A stretch of 64,000 nt of DNA, from the NCBI RefSeq assembly GCF_037042905.1, contig NC_087245.1:6636001-6700000 (forward strand), in the 5' to 3' direction. This DNA is from Lytechinus pictus. Lineage: Eukaryota. Made by a program: the position numbers and the translations under genes. Shown here piece after piece: positions 1 through 13,800 of this stretch; the stretch's first letter is position 1; each line of letters starts with the position of its first letter. The notes beneath the pieces are model-generated. The model was not told where the DNA came from. It was given only the letters and a program-made list of their open reading frames with translations, and did not search any database.

Positions 1-234
1 AGTGAGGTCATAGAATCATGATTGTAATCACGATATCGTTTATTCGAACATTTTCGTACGTGATTCTGCAGAAACGTCTTTCCAAACGCCCCTTTTTTTG
101 TGTTTCATGTTTGTGATTCTAATCATGATTATATTCAATTTCGACTAAACGCAATCGTGATTCTGCAGAATCATGATTTGAATCATGATTCAGATCATGA
201 TTCTAGGGTAAAAAAGTGGCGGATAAACGCACCC
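1..234. mobile_element. End of a PIF/Harbinger-like MITE (partial)
   Basis: AATCATGATT subrepeats; ends GGATAAACGCACCC followed by TTA; the other end is outside the window. Confidence 0.45.
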
Positions 235-301
235 TTAGTGTACTCTGTACTTAATTTGTTTCTGGCCCAATCCTCTCTCTGTACTTTCTACCTATATCTC
301 T

Positions 302-966
302 AAGTACAATCAATTTAAATGCAAAACCAACCGATTCCGAAATAGTCCCATCCCCTACTTCATAGATTTACTAAACGAGAACTAGATACATTTGTTGCCC
401 CCCACCGGGAAGATATGATAGATATAGTTTTCTTTATTTGCTAGGATAGTCATCCTCATTCTATACCGCCTTGCCTAGCTCACTTAGTGTACTCTGTACT
501 TAATTTGTTGTCATACATGCATGGTTTTGTTTGTTTTCAATCTTCGCCACTACTTTCTTCATCTTTCTGGCCCAATCCTCTCTCTGTACTTTCTACCTAT
601 ATCTCCTTTTAATTACCCTTTACCCTTACTCACTTTTTCTCTGTCTGTCTCCCTATGCCGTCTTTATCCTTCCCCATCTTTTCTTTTCTAACACTTTTCA
701 TTCATGCATGTACAATGTGCCTCATTGTAGTGGTTAGAATTTGCGTACTTAATATGTATTATGTTCAATACAATGTATAACTTTATTTACCTTCAACAAT
801 TTATTTCCTTGTATTATAATAAGAAGTACTAGTAATTTTATATCATTCCATGTTTGTATTTGAGTATTATTCTATTGTTGTAAATTGTACACATGTTTTT
901 ATTCAGCCTTTGGCTCCGAGGCATGTTTTTAATAAACCATTATTGAATTGAATTGAATTGAATTGA
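302..966 (+). mobile_element. 5'-truncated LINE (L2/Crack/Rex-like) 3' end
   Basis: 302-385 encodes KYNQFKCKTNRFRNSPIPYFIDLLNEN*, a typical ORF2 C-terminus; then a 3' UTR, AATAAA and an (ATTGA)n tail at about 941-966. Confidence 0.7.
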
Positions 967-1474
967 AAAGAAAACCCATTTTCAGAAATAGATTTCCCAA
1001 TTATTGAATATGTTTTACTATTAATTTGATATTCATGGCAAGAGTTGAATCTCATCTCTCGTTTGAAACCAACAGCTTAGCAAATCGTTCATACATGGCA
1101 GATTACAAACAATAAATTTTGAGGCATACCAGAAATGATTTGCACAGAAACTTACCTGTGAATCTGAAGCCACTCTAATTTCAGGGATCAGTGAGAGAAG
1201 CTAAAATAGAAAAGAAATAATAAAGAGCCAATCGTTGAATATGCACTTTTGTCGTACCACAAAGCAATCTTGTCTAATTTTTCTGCGCACACTGGTTTTG
1301 ACATCAAAATTTTAAACTTGTCTTGCTCATCAATGCTTAAGTGTATGTCTCATTTAAGGTATCAAAATAAAGAGGAATAATTAAATTATATGATTATGTA
1401 AATGAAATATAATTCATTTGCCTTTTTTTAAAAAGGTGTTGGAAACCCGGTTTCCTTTTTTCTGGGACGCACTC
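967..1474. mobile_element. Tc1/mariner-type non-autonomous element, one end
   Basis: Ends TTTTCTGGGACGCACT(C)|TA; clearly homologous to 48628-49125. Confidence 0.65.
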
Positions 1475-1756
1475 TACATGTATATATGGGCGCTAGCCAT
1501 GCATGGAGCTGTTAGCAGCTACTTATGGAGGGGGTTCAAGAGCTGTATGTGCAACTCTCGCATACGGTGCTTGTGCTGGGGAACTGAGATGTTTTTGTAA
1601 AATGGGTCTTGTGAGTGGGGTGGGGCTTTTGTCAACTTTTGTCATTCGGAGTATCTAGAGAACTGAAAATTAGGTCTGAAAAGGTGGGTCATGTACCACC
1701 AATATACATGTGAATCCCCCCCCCCTTCCCCTTGGCCCCGAGCTTACTATCCTGTT

Positions 1757-2568
1757 TAGTGCTGTTATCGAAAATCTCTTTATTGCTAGTCTTGTTGATA
1801 ATCGCTTGTTTTTTGCCACTTAGCGATATCGATAACCTTTCTCTCGTTGTTGATAATACACGCTATTATGTAGGGACATGACAGTGATTTTCTGCGTTTC
1901 ACAGAATTCATGGAAACAGCCTTTTGGCTTTTCAAATGGAAAATCACAGAAAATGTATTTTTTCTCAAAATGCACAGAACAGCAACAGAAATTACTCCAA
2001 AATCTCAACAAATAACGAATACTTACTAGCCACAAAACACAATTTCACTTTGCTATAATCATGACAATCCAAACGTGACTGCACTCGACTCCATTCGAAC
2101 GTACGTATCGATAAACATTCACAAGCACAAGCTCAATTTTAGCGAAGTACCAACGTAAAAGGCAGCACAGTGTGTTGCTGCCCTCAACGTTCTAAGATGT
2201 ACAGCACAATATCAAAATGGCCGATAGTAGGCAAAAGACTCAGAACGATGTCCAAAAAGCCCCCAAATTATCGATAAAACTACATCCAACCATAAAATAA
2301 TACTAATAACGTAAAAGGCGAGGATGTATTTCTGCTAAATATGTTTGTTAAAAGATGTTATGTAATCGTTTACATCCGATGAACACGGATTTTAAAGCGT
2401 TCTTGGTTCAATGGCAGGTACAAATTTTGACCAACGTGAGTATTGTGACATTGCTATCATTTCTAAAATATGCATATTGATTATGTTCTTTTGTCAATAG
2501 TTATCGATATCGGTAAGATATTTTTAGCGATATATCGACATATTTTTATTTTAACAATAACAGCACGA
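1757..2568. mobile_element. hAT-type non-autonomous DNA transposon
   Basis: TIR TAGTGCTGTTATCG / CAATAACAGCACGA; exact 8-bp TSD ATCCTGTT at 1749-1756 and 2569-2576. Confidence 0.8.
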
Positions 2569-2663
2569 ATCCTGTTGGAGGCCGTCTCTAATTCTTTCTT
2601 TCCACTTTGGAATGATCACTGGAGACTCTTTTGTCCTCTCTGTGATAGGAGGGGGCTATTGTA

Positions 2664-4389
2664 CAGTGCGTCTCAAAAAAAAATTATACACTTTTGAAAC
2701 GGCTGCCAATAAAAATTATGTCACTTTGGGGGAAAAGACTTATGAAAAGCCAATAAAGTAAACTCTCAAATGACACCAAAAATTTGGAGAATTATTCATG
2801 CTTGAGTGAGCACTACCCACTTAAACAAAGGGTATGGAAATTAGGCTGGGCAGGATTTAGACTTTCATTTTTTTGGCAGGCGAGTCCTTTGGAACTTTCA
2901 AAGTTGCGGGTGTTGTGATAAATTAATGATAAATTTAGATTGTTCGAACAAATTTCATAAATTATTAAATTGAAATTTAATGCATGAGTGAACATGAAAT
3001 TGCAATTGTTAGTGCAGCATTTTAACTTTATCATGTGGATCTCTGCAGTGTGTTCATGGGAGTCAGAAGAATAGCAGTGAGATAGAACTTCAGTGGGTGA
3101 AGTAGGTTGATGTGATAAGGGTCAACAGAACATTTAGCCTCCCTCCTTCAGCCCCCCCCCCCACCTCCTGTTGAGATTGAGACTGATTGCTAACACATTT
3201 AAGCATGAAGTTCAGAGCAAACTGTCAATTTAATGATAAATTCTGAAAATTAGGTCATCAACTTTTACCTCAATCTTTCAATCAACAATAAATCAACTCA
3301 ATCAATGTGATAAATTAAACATTCAGCTTTTTCAGTAAACTATCAATTAAACATTCAGCCTTTTAAATGAATTATTTCATAAATCATAATTATCAGTCAA
3401 TTTGGTAGTAATCATTTGTAAGTAATCATCCATAAAACGTGACCCATCAACTATCGATCACTTGGAAGTTAAGTTTTGAATACTTCCCATGAGAAAGAGA
3501 GAAGGGGGGGGGGTGGGCACATGACTTGTAATTTGTTAAAGAAGACAAAGAAGAAGAATGCCCTTTTAACCATTAAGTCTTACCATATCTCACACCTTTA
3601 TTGCAACAGGTACCATCACATTACTGACTCTCACAAACACACTGAGCACAAAGATCCACAAGATAATCTTAAAATGTTGCTCTGAAATTACAATTCCTGT
3701 TGACTCATGCATTGAATTTCAATTTAGTAACTCATGAAATCCGCTTAAGAACTTATCGCAATTCATCACTAATTTAGCATATACACCCTTAACTCTGCAA
3801 GTTCCAAAGGACTCACCTCTCAAAAAACTGGAAGGCTAATTCCTGCCCACCCTAGCAAAGCCTAGTCCCTCAGGAGGGGAGAAGAGGGTAGGTAGAGGGG
3901 GGAGTTGCTAAATGTTCTGTTGACCCTTATCCCATCCTAAGTCCCAAGTCCTATCTCATCCCTATTCTCCTGACTCCCATGAACACACTGCTGAGATCCA
4001 CATGACAAAGTTAAAATGATGCACTAACAATTGCAATTCACATTCAATCATGCATTAAATTTCAATTTGATAATTCATGAGATTTGCTCAAGCAACCTAA
4101 ATTGATAACGATTGATCATTAATTCATCACAACATCCTCAACTTTGCAAGTTCCAAAGGACTCGCCTCTCAAGGACTGAAAGAAATGGGAAGTCTAATTC
4201 CTGCCCGGCCTAATTTTCATACCCTTTGTTTAAGTGTGTAGTGTAGCATGAATAGTTTTCCAATTTTTTGGTGTCATTTGATAGTAGATTTTATTGGGTT
4301 TCCATAACATACAGATCTTTTCCCCCAAAGTGACAATTTTTTTATTTGGCAGCCATTTCAAAAGTGAATAGTTTTTTTTAGACACACTT
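2664..4389. mobile_element. Tc1/mariner-type foldback element with long inverted arms
   Basis: TA|CAGTGCGTCTCAAAAAA ... TTTTTTAGACACACTT|TA; about 2664-3140 is the reverse complement of about 3905-4389. Confidence 0.8.
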
Positions 4390-4712
4390 TATAGATGTAG
4401 CAGAGCCCATTTTCATATGGAGGGTTTGGTCTAAGGCTCTGCAGTAAATATCCAAAGAGTTTTCTTTGTCGCTGCAGAAGAGCGCAATAGAAATGACGAA
4501 GGACAATGCAAAGCTGTCCCTCTCACCCATCTTTCCTGATTTCGATGACTAGCCAACAGAGCCAAGTAGGTTTTGTTGTTTGTTAATAAACACTGTCTCT
4601 TCTTTGCTAGTGTGATACTTTCTAGTAGGTTGGTAATACAGATGAATTGTAATCGTTCAATTGTTAATTGTAGATTTGTTTTCACCCATGTTTATCTTTC
4701 ATATTTTTCCAG

Positions 4713-4808
4713 TAACTGAATCTTGTGATGCAGACCAGAGAGTTCTAGTGGGATCTGATTGTGATGGAGTAATAGATTGTTTTGATAATTCAGATGAACT
4801 TGGATGTG
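4713..4808 (+). CDS. Protease exon: shortened LDL-receptor class A repeat
   Basis: [31 protein letters not shown]; ccag|..G|gtaag; 96 nt, phase 1-1. Confidence 0.85.
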
Positions 4809-7800
4809 GTAAGTTTATTATTTGCCTATGCATGAAATCTTTCCCATCATTCCTTACATTCGACCCATTATTTAAAGATTACAGTGAAAGTAAATTATTG
4901 GTGACAGAGACAATGAGGGGGCTTATATAAGTAAAATTGAATATCTTTTAATTTAATATTTTTTCAAATCGATATGAAATGTTCAGATCTGTAATGTCTT
5001 TAATTGCAAAATGTGGGATAAAGGAGCATTGCTAAAATGTACGTATACTAAGTTTATGCTCAAAATACATTATGTTTACAAGTTTAAATGGTTGCTCTGA
5101 TGTTCATAAAAATTACTCTTGTATTTTGGACTTTGAATACATCCTATGCGCTATGGAGCTAGGTTCTTGATAAATACATGTAGTTATATGATAAACATGG
5201 TGAAATTAAAGTAAATAGTATTCATCATGAAATTTGGTGAGGACTGGATTAGTACATACAGTATATACCCCCTGCTTAAGGCTTTTTGAAATCTGGGTTA
5301 CGTATACATGTTTAAAGTAAAAAGCAAATCTGATAATATATGTCCCACGTTTTCCTACTCAATGAAATAATTGTGACTATGATGATTTATCTTTACAGTG
5401 TGCACAGATGAACAGTTCCAATGCTCAAATGGTCTATGCCGCCCTCTATCAGACATATGTAACAGAGAAATGGATTGTGATGATTTTGAAGATGAAGAGG
5501 ACTGTCGTAAGTCTAACTCTATAATCAGACTTGACTTTGGGGACTGTGGTTGATACGCCACAGAATTGTTTTCATCACAAAATATCTCAATTGGAACCTT
5601 ATTTTATTTCATTCAGAAGCTGTGTGAATGTATTTTTATTGATGACAATTGTATTCATATGAAAAGTAATTTGTTTGATTATTCGTGTTTTATAAGGGGG
5701 AGCAAAGAATCGCTTGATGAGCAACTTAATATGTGCGCTCAATAAACTGGTATTATGATTATGATTATTGCTATTGTAATAATTATTATTATTATGATGA
5801 TGATGATTATTATGATCATCATATTATGATGATGATTTTGATGATGATTTGATTATGGATATTATTTATAATTTTTGTGATCATTAATATTGTTATCATC
5901 ATTATCATTATTATTATTATTGTCTCACCTGCGAAGTAGAGTGAGACTGCCGCTTTTCCGACGGCGACGTCAACATCAAATCTTAACCGAAGGTTAACTT
6001 ATAAAGTCTATGGACCCTAGTTTATGAAACTGGGATATAAAGTTAATCAAGTATTACTAAAAACCCTGCCTGAGTTTCAGGTCACATGACCAAGGTCAAA
6101 GGTCATTTAGGGTCAATGAACTTAGACCATGTTGGGGGAATCAACATCAAAATCTGAACCTAAGGTTAAGTTTTTAAAATTTTGCCATAACTTCGAAAGT
6201 ATATGGACCTAGTTCATGAAACTTAATCATAAGGGTAATCAAGTATTACTAAACATCCTGCCTGAGTTTCAAGTCACATGACCAAGGTCAAAGGTCGTTT
6301 AGGGTCAATGAACTTTGACAATGTTGTGGGTATTTGTTTAATTACCATCATAACTCTGAAGTGTATTGTTCTAGTTCCTAAAACTTGGACATAAGACTAA
6401 TCAAGTATCACTGAACATCCTGTGCGAGTTTTAGGTCACATGACAAAGGTCAATGAACTTTTACCATGTTGGGGGTATTTGTTGAATTACCATCATAACT
6501 CTGAAAGTGTGTTGTTCTACATGTAGTTCATAAACTTAGACATAAGATTAATCAAGTATCACTGAACATCATGTGCGAGTTTTAGGTCACATGACCAAAG
6601 TCAAAGGTCATTTAAGGTCAATGAACTTTTGCCATGTTGGAGTTAATCATTAAATTGCTGTCATAACTTTAAAAGTTTATGGATATAGTTTATGAAATGT
6701 GGACGTATGAGTAATCAAGTATCACTGACAAGTCTCGTAATGCAGGTGAGACTGCCAGAGGCGCATCCACTTGTTATTATTCTTAATGTTATAATTATTA
6801 TTATTATGATTATGATGATGATTATTATTATTATGATTAGTATTATGATGATGATTTTGATGATGATTATAATTATTATTGATATTATTTATTATTATTG
6901 TTATCATTGTTATTATTATTATCATTATCATTATTATTATTGTTATCATTGTTATTATTATTATCATTATTATTATTTTATTATCGTTATCATTATTATT
7001 ATTGTTATTATTGATATAATTATTATGTCACACTGTCGACATTGGCAAGACAATTCACCATAATGACATGGATCTGTTTCCAAATCGTCTAATGCCAACT
7101 CATCTACTATCATTTGGTCTACCATCAGTTCGTCCACTATCCATGTGGTCTAATTGCCAATTCGTCTGCTCACCAATTCGTCTAATATCCAGTTGGTCCA
7201 ATAGCCATTTAGTCCAAATACCATTTGGTCTAGTTGGACTGAAGTGTTAATTGTGCAAATTGAAATGGATATTAGACCAACTGGATATGAGACGAAATGG
7301 TCAAAGATGAGAAGGTGATTAGACGAAGTGATGATTGGACCAAATGGTCGTTTATTATTATTATTAATTATCAAGTGCAGGGGAGTGTTTCATCAACATT
7401 TTCATCCGACAAGTTGTCAGATCTGACATCTTTCTCTGATGTTGATTGGCTGAGAGGTACTGTTACTATGGTAACTGTCGGATAAAATGGGACTTGTCGG
7501 ATAAAACGTCCGACAAGTCCTTTCATGAAACGCCCCCCAGAACTCGTACATTCCCATGTGTATGATTTGAAAATGATTTTTTTTATTTTTTTTTATTAAG
7601 ACTTACCATTTGAAATATAATGCGTAAGTGTGAACATATGGAAAAAAATTTGAATCTGTTATTCACAATCAATTATGTTTTGTTGTTTTGGTACATTCTA
7701 GCACGCTGTGAGTCTATTCAAGAGACTTCTTGCTCGAGTATCCTCCCGTATAATCAGACGTACTATCCAAGCAATGTAGACAACCAAATACTTGCACTTC

Positions 7801-10800
7801 AAAGCTTGAGTATTCTAATTAGTGCCACCATGTGTCACCCTGATGCACATCTCTTCCTGTGTGCATACCTCTTCCCTGAATGCATCCATGATGGACCAAC
7901 GGCCAGGCCATGTCAGATGACTTGTCAAGCTGTTGAGAGTGCATGCTTATCTTCTTTTGAGAGTTTAACTGGTCTCCCATGGTCAGTTAATTGTGAGGAG
8001 TTTAGTGATGATAATCCTCTCAATAATGGCTCTGATGGTGTGCTCTGCAGAGGACCTGAAGGAGGTGATTATTATCTCATCAACATTCACTTTTGGATGT
8101 TGAAAAACCACTGAAATAAATAGATGCAATGCTCAAAAGAATAGCTGCCAGTGTGGAGAAAAATTGAATATCTTGTATGATTATTTGAAGAAGAAAAGTG
8201 TCAGAATTGATTGAAGTCCAGCTCTGCACAAAATAAAGGAAAATTAATTTATTTTGACTTGCAATATGAATAATCATTGTAATTTTGCTGATGCTTGCAT
8301 TTTGGAATGAACTGATTATGTACACAACAAAAAAAGTAAGTCCCCCCTTAAACATCCATACGTGTAATTTCCGAACCACTGGGAGTTTTTAATATGTTTT
8401 TACATGAGCGTGTAGGTAATTTTATAAGCTACACACTGAAGGAATGTTATGGACGGATTTTATGTCATGCTTCAGTGAGCACTGTCAGAAGGCAAAATTG
8501 TCACTTTTTAAAAGTCACAAGCCAAATATCATGACTTTGATTCCACTTTATTGGAATAAATTCCACATTCTCATCATAAAGAATAGAAGGCTTGTAAAGG
8601 TACTTTCCAAAATTTCATGGTTGAATAAACACAAGTCAAAATTTGCTATACAATATTTTACACATTTCTATCGATAAAAATGATCGAATATAATGACAGT
8701 TATTTTGGGAAGAGTGTCTTTAACAATTTTCATCATTTCTCGGTTTAATATCATATGCAAGTATTGTTTCATTTTGGTAAATGAAATTATCTTTTCAACT
8801 TTTTCAATTATGTTGACATGCTTCAATGATTCAAAGGCATTTAATTAAACATTCACACTTGAATGAACGTTGGAATATGAATAGCTCTTTTTTACGTTAT
8901 TGGAAAAATGCAATTGCTAACTATGGATATCTGTCATAAACCTTTTTTCATAGTTCATTTGATTTGAATTTTATGAAAATCCCGATGTCTAAATGCTTTA
9001 GTGAGCACACAATATTAAAACATTATACAAATGAGAGGAAAATTCAGGGCCTTGGCCCCACTCTGCCATATCGATTGATTATTTTGGTGTGTGCGCCTTT
9101 TGGATAGTGTCACTCTGAAGCCATGTGCGAAGTTTCATGAAGAAACTGTTGGCAGAAATAACAAAAACCGTCCATGAAACAAACCCTCATTTCATTTTTG
9201 ATAAAATTTTGACTTCCTCTCTCTTAGACATTGTGTACACTATGGGTGCATATGTTTAAGATTAAGTAACCCCTTATTCAATATGGTGGAACTGTTTTTT
9301 AAACTGTCTTTAGCAATGTCATGTTGCAGTAATGTTTATCAACCTATGGGCAGAATTCTGTGCAAAAATGAAATCAATTTGTTTATAGATGAGTGAGCAC
9401 GCATCAAAGAGGGAAAATGGGCATTTTCAATGTCATAGACTGATTTTGAGGGGTTATGAAATGAATAATGGGGGCAAGTTTGGTTTCAAATATGACTTAA
9501 TTGCTGTTCTTTTTATCATCCATCATTTTTATCACCACACGCTTTCTGAACTTTTTACACTTTCATGGTTGAGCGAGCACACTCGAAAACTTAGGAATGA
9601 ATACTCTTTATACTGCATAAATGCATTCTTTTCCTAACAATTTCTCAGGATCAGTTAAATTTATGGACAAATCAGTAGTGGATCGAGAATTTGAAAATGG
9701 GGAGGGGCCGGGAAATTGGGGAGGGTTGCCACTAACATTTTCCAATTTTAACATGTTTTAATAAGTTATAGAGGATACTACCATAAACCCATATGATGAT
9801 AAGTCACAAAAAATTTTGCTCACTCAACCATGAACATTCATTACCATAATGTTGTATGGAATGGCTAAATGATGGAAAGTACATGTAAACAGCATTAGTA
9901 CCATAAAATGTTCCAAAAAAACTCTTGTGACTTTCAAAAATGATCATTTTTAATTCAATCTTTGATTACTCATGCATGGCTCAATTGATCAATCTCATTT
10001 TCCCCCAGAAGATGCTTAATGAGTGTAGAAAACCAACTACAAAATATTATATATCCAAATTATTCTGTTAATAAGTTACAGCTTTTTTATTTTTTTATAT
10101 ATATTTTATTTGAATTTGATATTTTCAGATATCACTGATACGATGATCTGTGGCACTAGACCCGTGTTTAATGAAAGAATTGTTGGAGGTGTGGATTCAG
10201 TGTTAGGAGAATGGCCTTGGATTGGATCACTACAAAGGAGTGGTGCTGGTCATCAGTGTGCAGCATCCATTATCAGCAGAGATTTGGCTATCACTGCTGC
10301 ACACTGTGTGTAAGTCACGTACAAGCTTTTCTTCAAAATCATTGCTGATACATTGTATATGTTCATGTAAATATATGTTTGTAAATGGCTTGTCTCGTTA
10401 TCTTTAAGAAAGCCTACTATCCTATTCAGATATGAAACAGAGATGTTAGTTGCAAATTAAATGAAAAATGTAGATGATGTGGAGTATGCCTGTAATGTCA
10501 CTAGCAAAACTGAATTTTGATTAGTAGCTTCCTTGATTGTATTCTACCGATAGTGTTAAGGACAAAGTATAGTTTAAAAATGACATGTTTTTTGCCCTTA
10601 TACAAATCTTTTCAAAATATACTTTGTGTAATGGATTCATGCGAGTGTGTTTTTATTCATAATTGCTTGTTAAGGCTTTGGGTTGGCTATTTAATACAAG
10701 ATCTTTACATTCTCTCAAATAATGGATGATTATGTTCATATTGAAATGGTCTTTACATCTGTGATTGTTTCCCCCGCCTCCATGCTAGTTATGTACACTG

Positions 10801-13800
10801 ATACTTTATGTACAGTGTCCCCCATGATTCACATGAAAACAAAGCTCAAGAACTGCTTAACATTTTGTACTCATTACCAGCTATTGTCATGATGCTATAT
10901 TTATCCATTTATCTTTGAATCCAGTGGAGTCTTTGATTACATCAACGTTGGTGTCATTAGCAAATCGACAAGCTCGCCCTATCAACACATATCCTCTGTA
11001 GATATCATATCTCATCCAGACTTTATTAGAGGCAGTAGAGGTGATGACATTGCTGTTCTCAGACTTTTGGACCCCATTCCTGAGTTCAACGATTACGTCA
11101 GACCCATCTGTCTGGCCACAGTTGAAGATGAAATCAATAATTATAAGACATGCTATGTAGCAGGTTGGGGTGCATTGGAAGAAGGTGAGTGCCAGCATGT
11201 TTTCAATTTAAATCATTCATCTGAAAACAAAAGGAGAAGTAAACTTGTGCCCCAGAAAAAAATGTCAAATTAATTTTGGGCACTTCCCTGCTTTGAATCC
11301 ATTGTTTGATGTATTATGTGTTCAATGTTTGCAAGTGCAGAGCTGCCAACCAGTACATTTTTGGCGTATTTAGTACGTTTTTGCAACCAAAATACGACAG
11401 TACGTTTTTTTAATACGATTTTGTAAAAAAAAAAGTTTATTGGATCAGGTAATTGTTTTGTGTTTTTTTTACGAAATCGTAATTTATTGAGAAAAATCAT
11501 CTATATACATGTATGTCTCTATTTCATAAAACTTTCACAAATATTGGATTAATGTTATTTAAGGTACCGTAACTGCTTTTTAAAAATTATTTTGTTAAAA
11601 CCTGAGTGAGATGTGGACATGTTTCAATGTTTTTTGTTCTTTTCCTCTGCAAGAGCAGTGCGCATTTTGGCTGGCATGCAGCTTGAGTGCCACGATGAGC
11701 GGGCACGCCGCGCATTTTATTATGCATTACATTTTTTGAGGGGAAAATACAGTTTTTTTTATCACAGAATACAATTTTTCATTCCCAGAGGTTGGCAGGT
11801 CTGCAAGTGTATGAGTAAGATAATTGTTCTCAGCACAATTAAAGAACCAATGATGTATCAAATTTAGATTTAGTTGATGTATGCAACTATGCATATAAAA
11901 AAGAGCTTGTTCTAACAAGAACCATAAGAAAGGTAACTTGAATGAGAATGTTTTTAATGTACCTTACTTCTGGTGGGTCTTTCATGTAGCTGTAACTACA
12001 GTCACGCGTGATTGAAAAATCTTTCAGTGTCAGTTTAGTTTAGTTTTTCTAATTTCCAACAGAACAGTATACAAAATACGACAAATGCAATTATAATTTA
12101 TAATTGAATTATCCTAGTAATAAACAAGCATGTATAACACAATACATTTGAAACCTGGATGGATCATGAAATATTTGTAGCTGAAAATACCATGTTGGAA
12201 AATGCTAATTCTCAGATGCTATTAAAGTACTAGCTACACAGGGATATTCCTTACATGTAGTGTACGAAATGGTCACCACTGCGTTAAGATGTTCATAACT
12301 GATGAACATCTGTGACTAAATATGAGGCTTACATTCATACTTTGATTCATAGTCAGTTGAATTTATTTGTAATTTGCATTGTCACATTATATTTGAAGGT
12401 GGACCCAGTCCTGATATTCTTCAGGATGCTATTGTTGGTCTGATAACAGATGAAGACTGTGCCAGTTCTTATACTTCATTCAGCAGTGAGTCCATGATAT
12501 GTGCTGGTTATTTAGCTGGTGGTGTGGATACATGCCAAGTAAGTTAGAGGGTTTTTTTTAACTTTCACAAAAGGATGGGAATTGTAACAGCTGTGACCAG
12601 CCACCCCATCACTAGGGAAGGTTCCCTTATAGCCAAAATAATAAGTTTGTCTTCAAAAAGCAAAAATTAGAAAATTTGGCATATCTGAAAGAGTTCATTC
12701 TGTCAAAATTGGAAGTAAAATACAAAATACAAAAATTCCTTTGACCCGATTTTTATACTTGAGTGAACCCTGAACTTGTTTTTCCTTATTTTGTTAAGCC
12801 TTCTGTTTCTGTATTCAACCAAGTACTTGTGAGGGTTATTGTTGATCAATTTTGACAAGTTATATATCATTTCAAAACTTAGAATGAGCGTTTTGAAGTT
12901 GAATGAAAAAGTGAAAATTCATTTTGGGAAAATTGCTGCTTAATGGTGAATTCCAACCTTTGTCATAAAATGTTGTATGGGAAAGGAGAAAAATAATAGA
13001 ATTGTGAGTTTGAAAGAAATCGGACCAGCAATAAAAAAAGTTGCGACTGTTTTAAAATTGACATGCCTAAAACTATGTAAATTTCAAATTGGCAACTGGA
13101 TAAGTAAATTATGACAAGTGGGAAGGATAACTTTCCCATAGGTCATGTACTTAATTAATAGGGATTTATGTTTTTTCTCTCAAGTACCTATTCCCCTGGG
13201 ACTGCAATCCAAATATAACTAATGTAGCATAATGATTTATATCCTCATGAAAGAAAAATATGGTTTGGAGTAAAACTTTTGAGAAAAAACAAAACAATTT
13301 AACAATTGAAATTGTCTATTTGAAGTCTATATGAGTGTAGCGATTACCAATTTTTAAGTTTTGAAAATTGATAACTTATTCAGTTTGTCAGATTTTTTCA
13401 AAACTTTCACAGATGAGCTTGTCTGATTTTTCTTCTTCCAATAAAAACAACTTTTTATTTGAATTGGATTCCCCTTTAATGTTGGTTTGGGTTGGCTCAA
13501 ACATTTTCTCTTTGTGTACTTCAAAAATAAAAACCCCTCTTCTTTGATTACAGCATCAAACTTTAATTAACTTTAATTAGCCCATTTCATTCCTTAATCT
13601 CTTTCAACTCATTAAACTTATCCGGACCATACGTGGTGGCCTTTTTTTTTGGAAAAAAAATACATGTATGTATTTCATGATCTAATGGAACGGTAATATA
13701 AAGCAAGTTCATATTTCTTATATTCCAGCTCATTTTCCTTGTTCTACCCTTTAGTTATATTGATAATGTATGTTTTCATTTTTTGACTGTAGAATCCTAT

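Noticed and set aside
6692..7063. 123-aa I/M/Y-rich ORF and its antisense N/H-rich ORF
   Set aside because: Translations of an (ATT/ATG)n microsatellite.
8100..9640. Possible large DNA element or missing exon in the FZ-protease intron
   Set aside because: No TIR/TSD pair or Cys-patterned exon could be identified, and the flanking exons join in frame without it.
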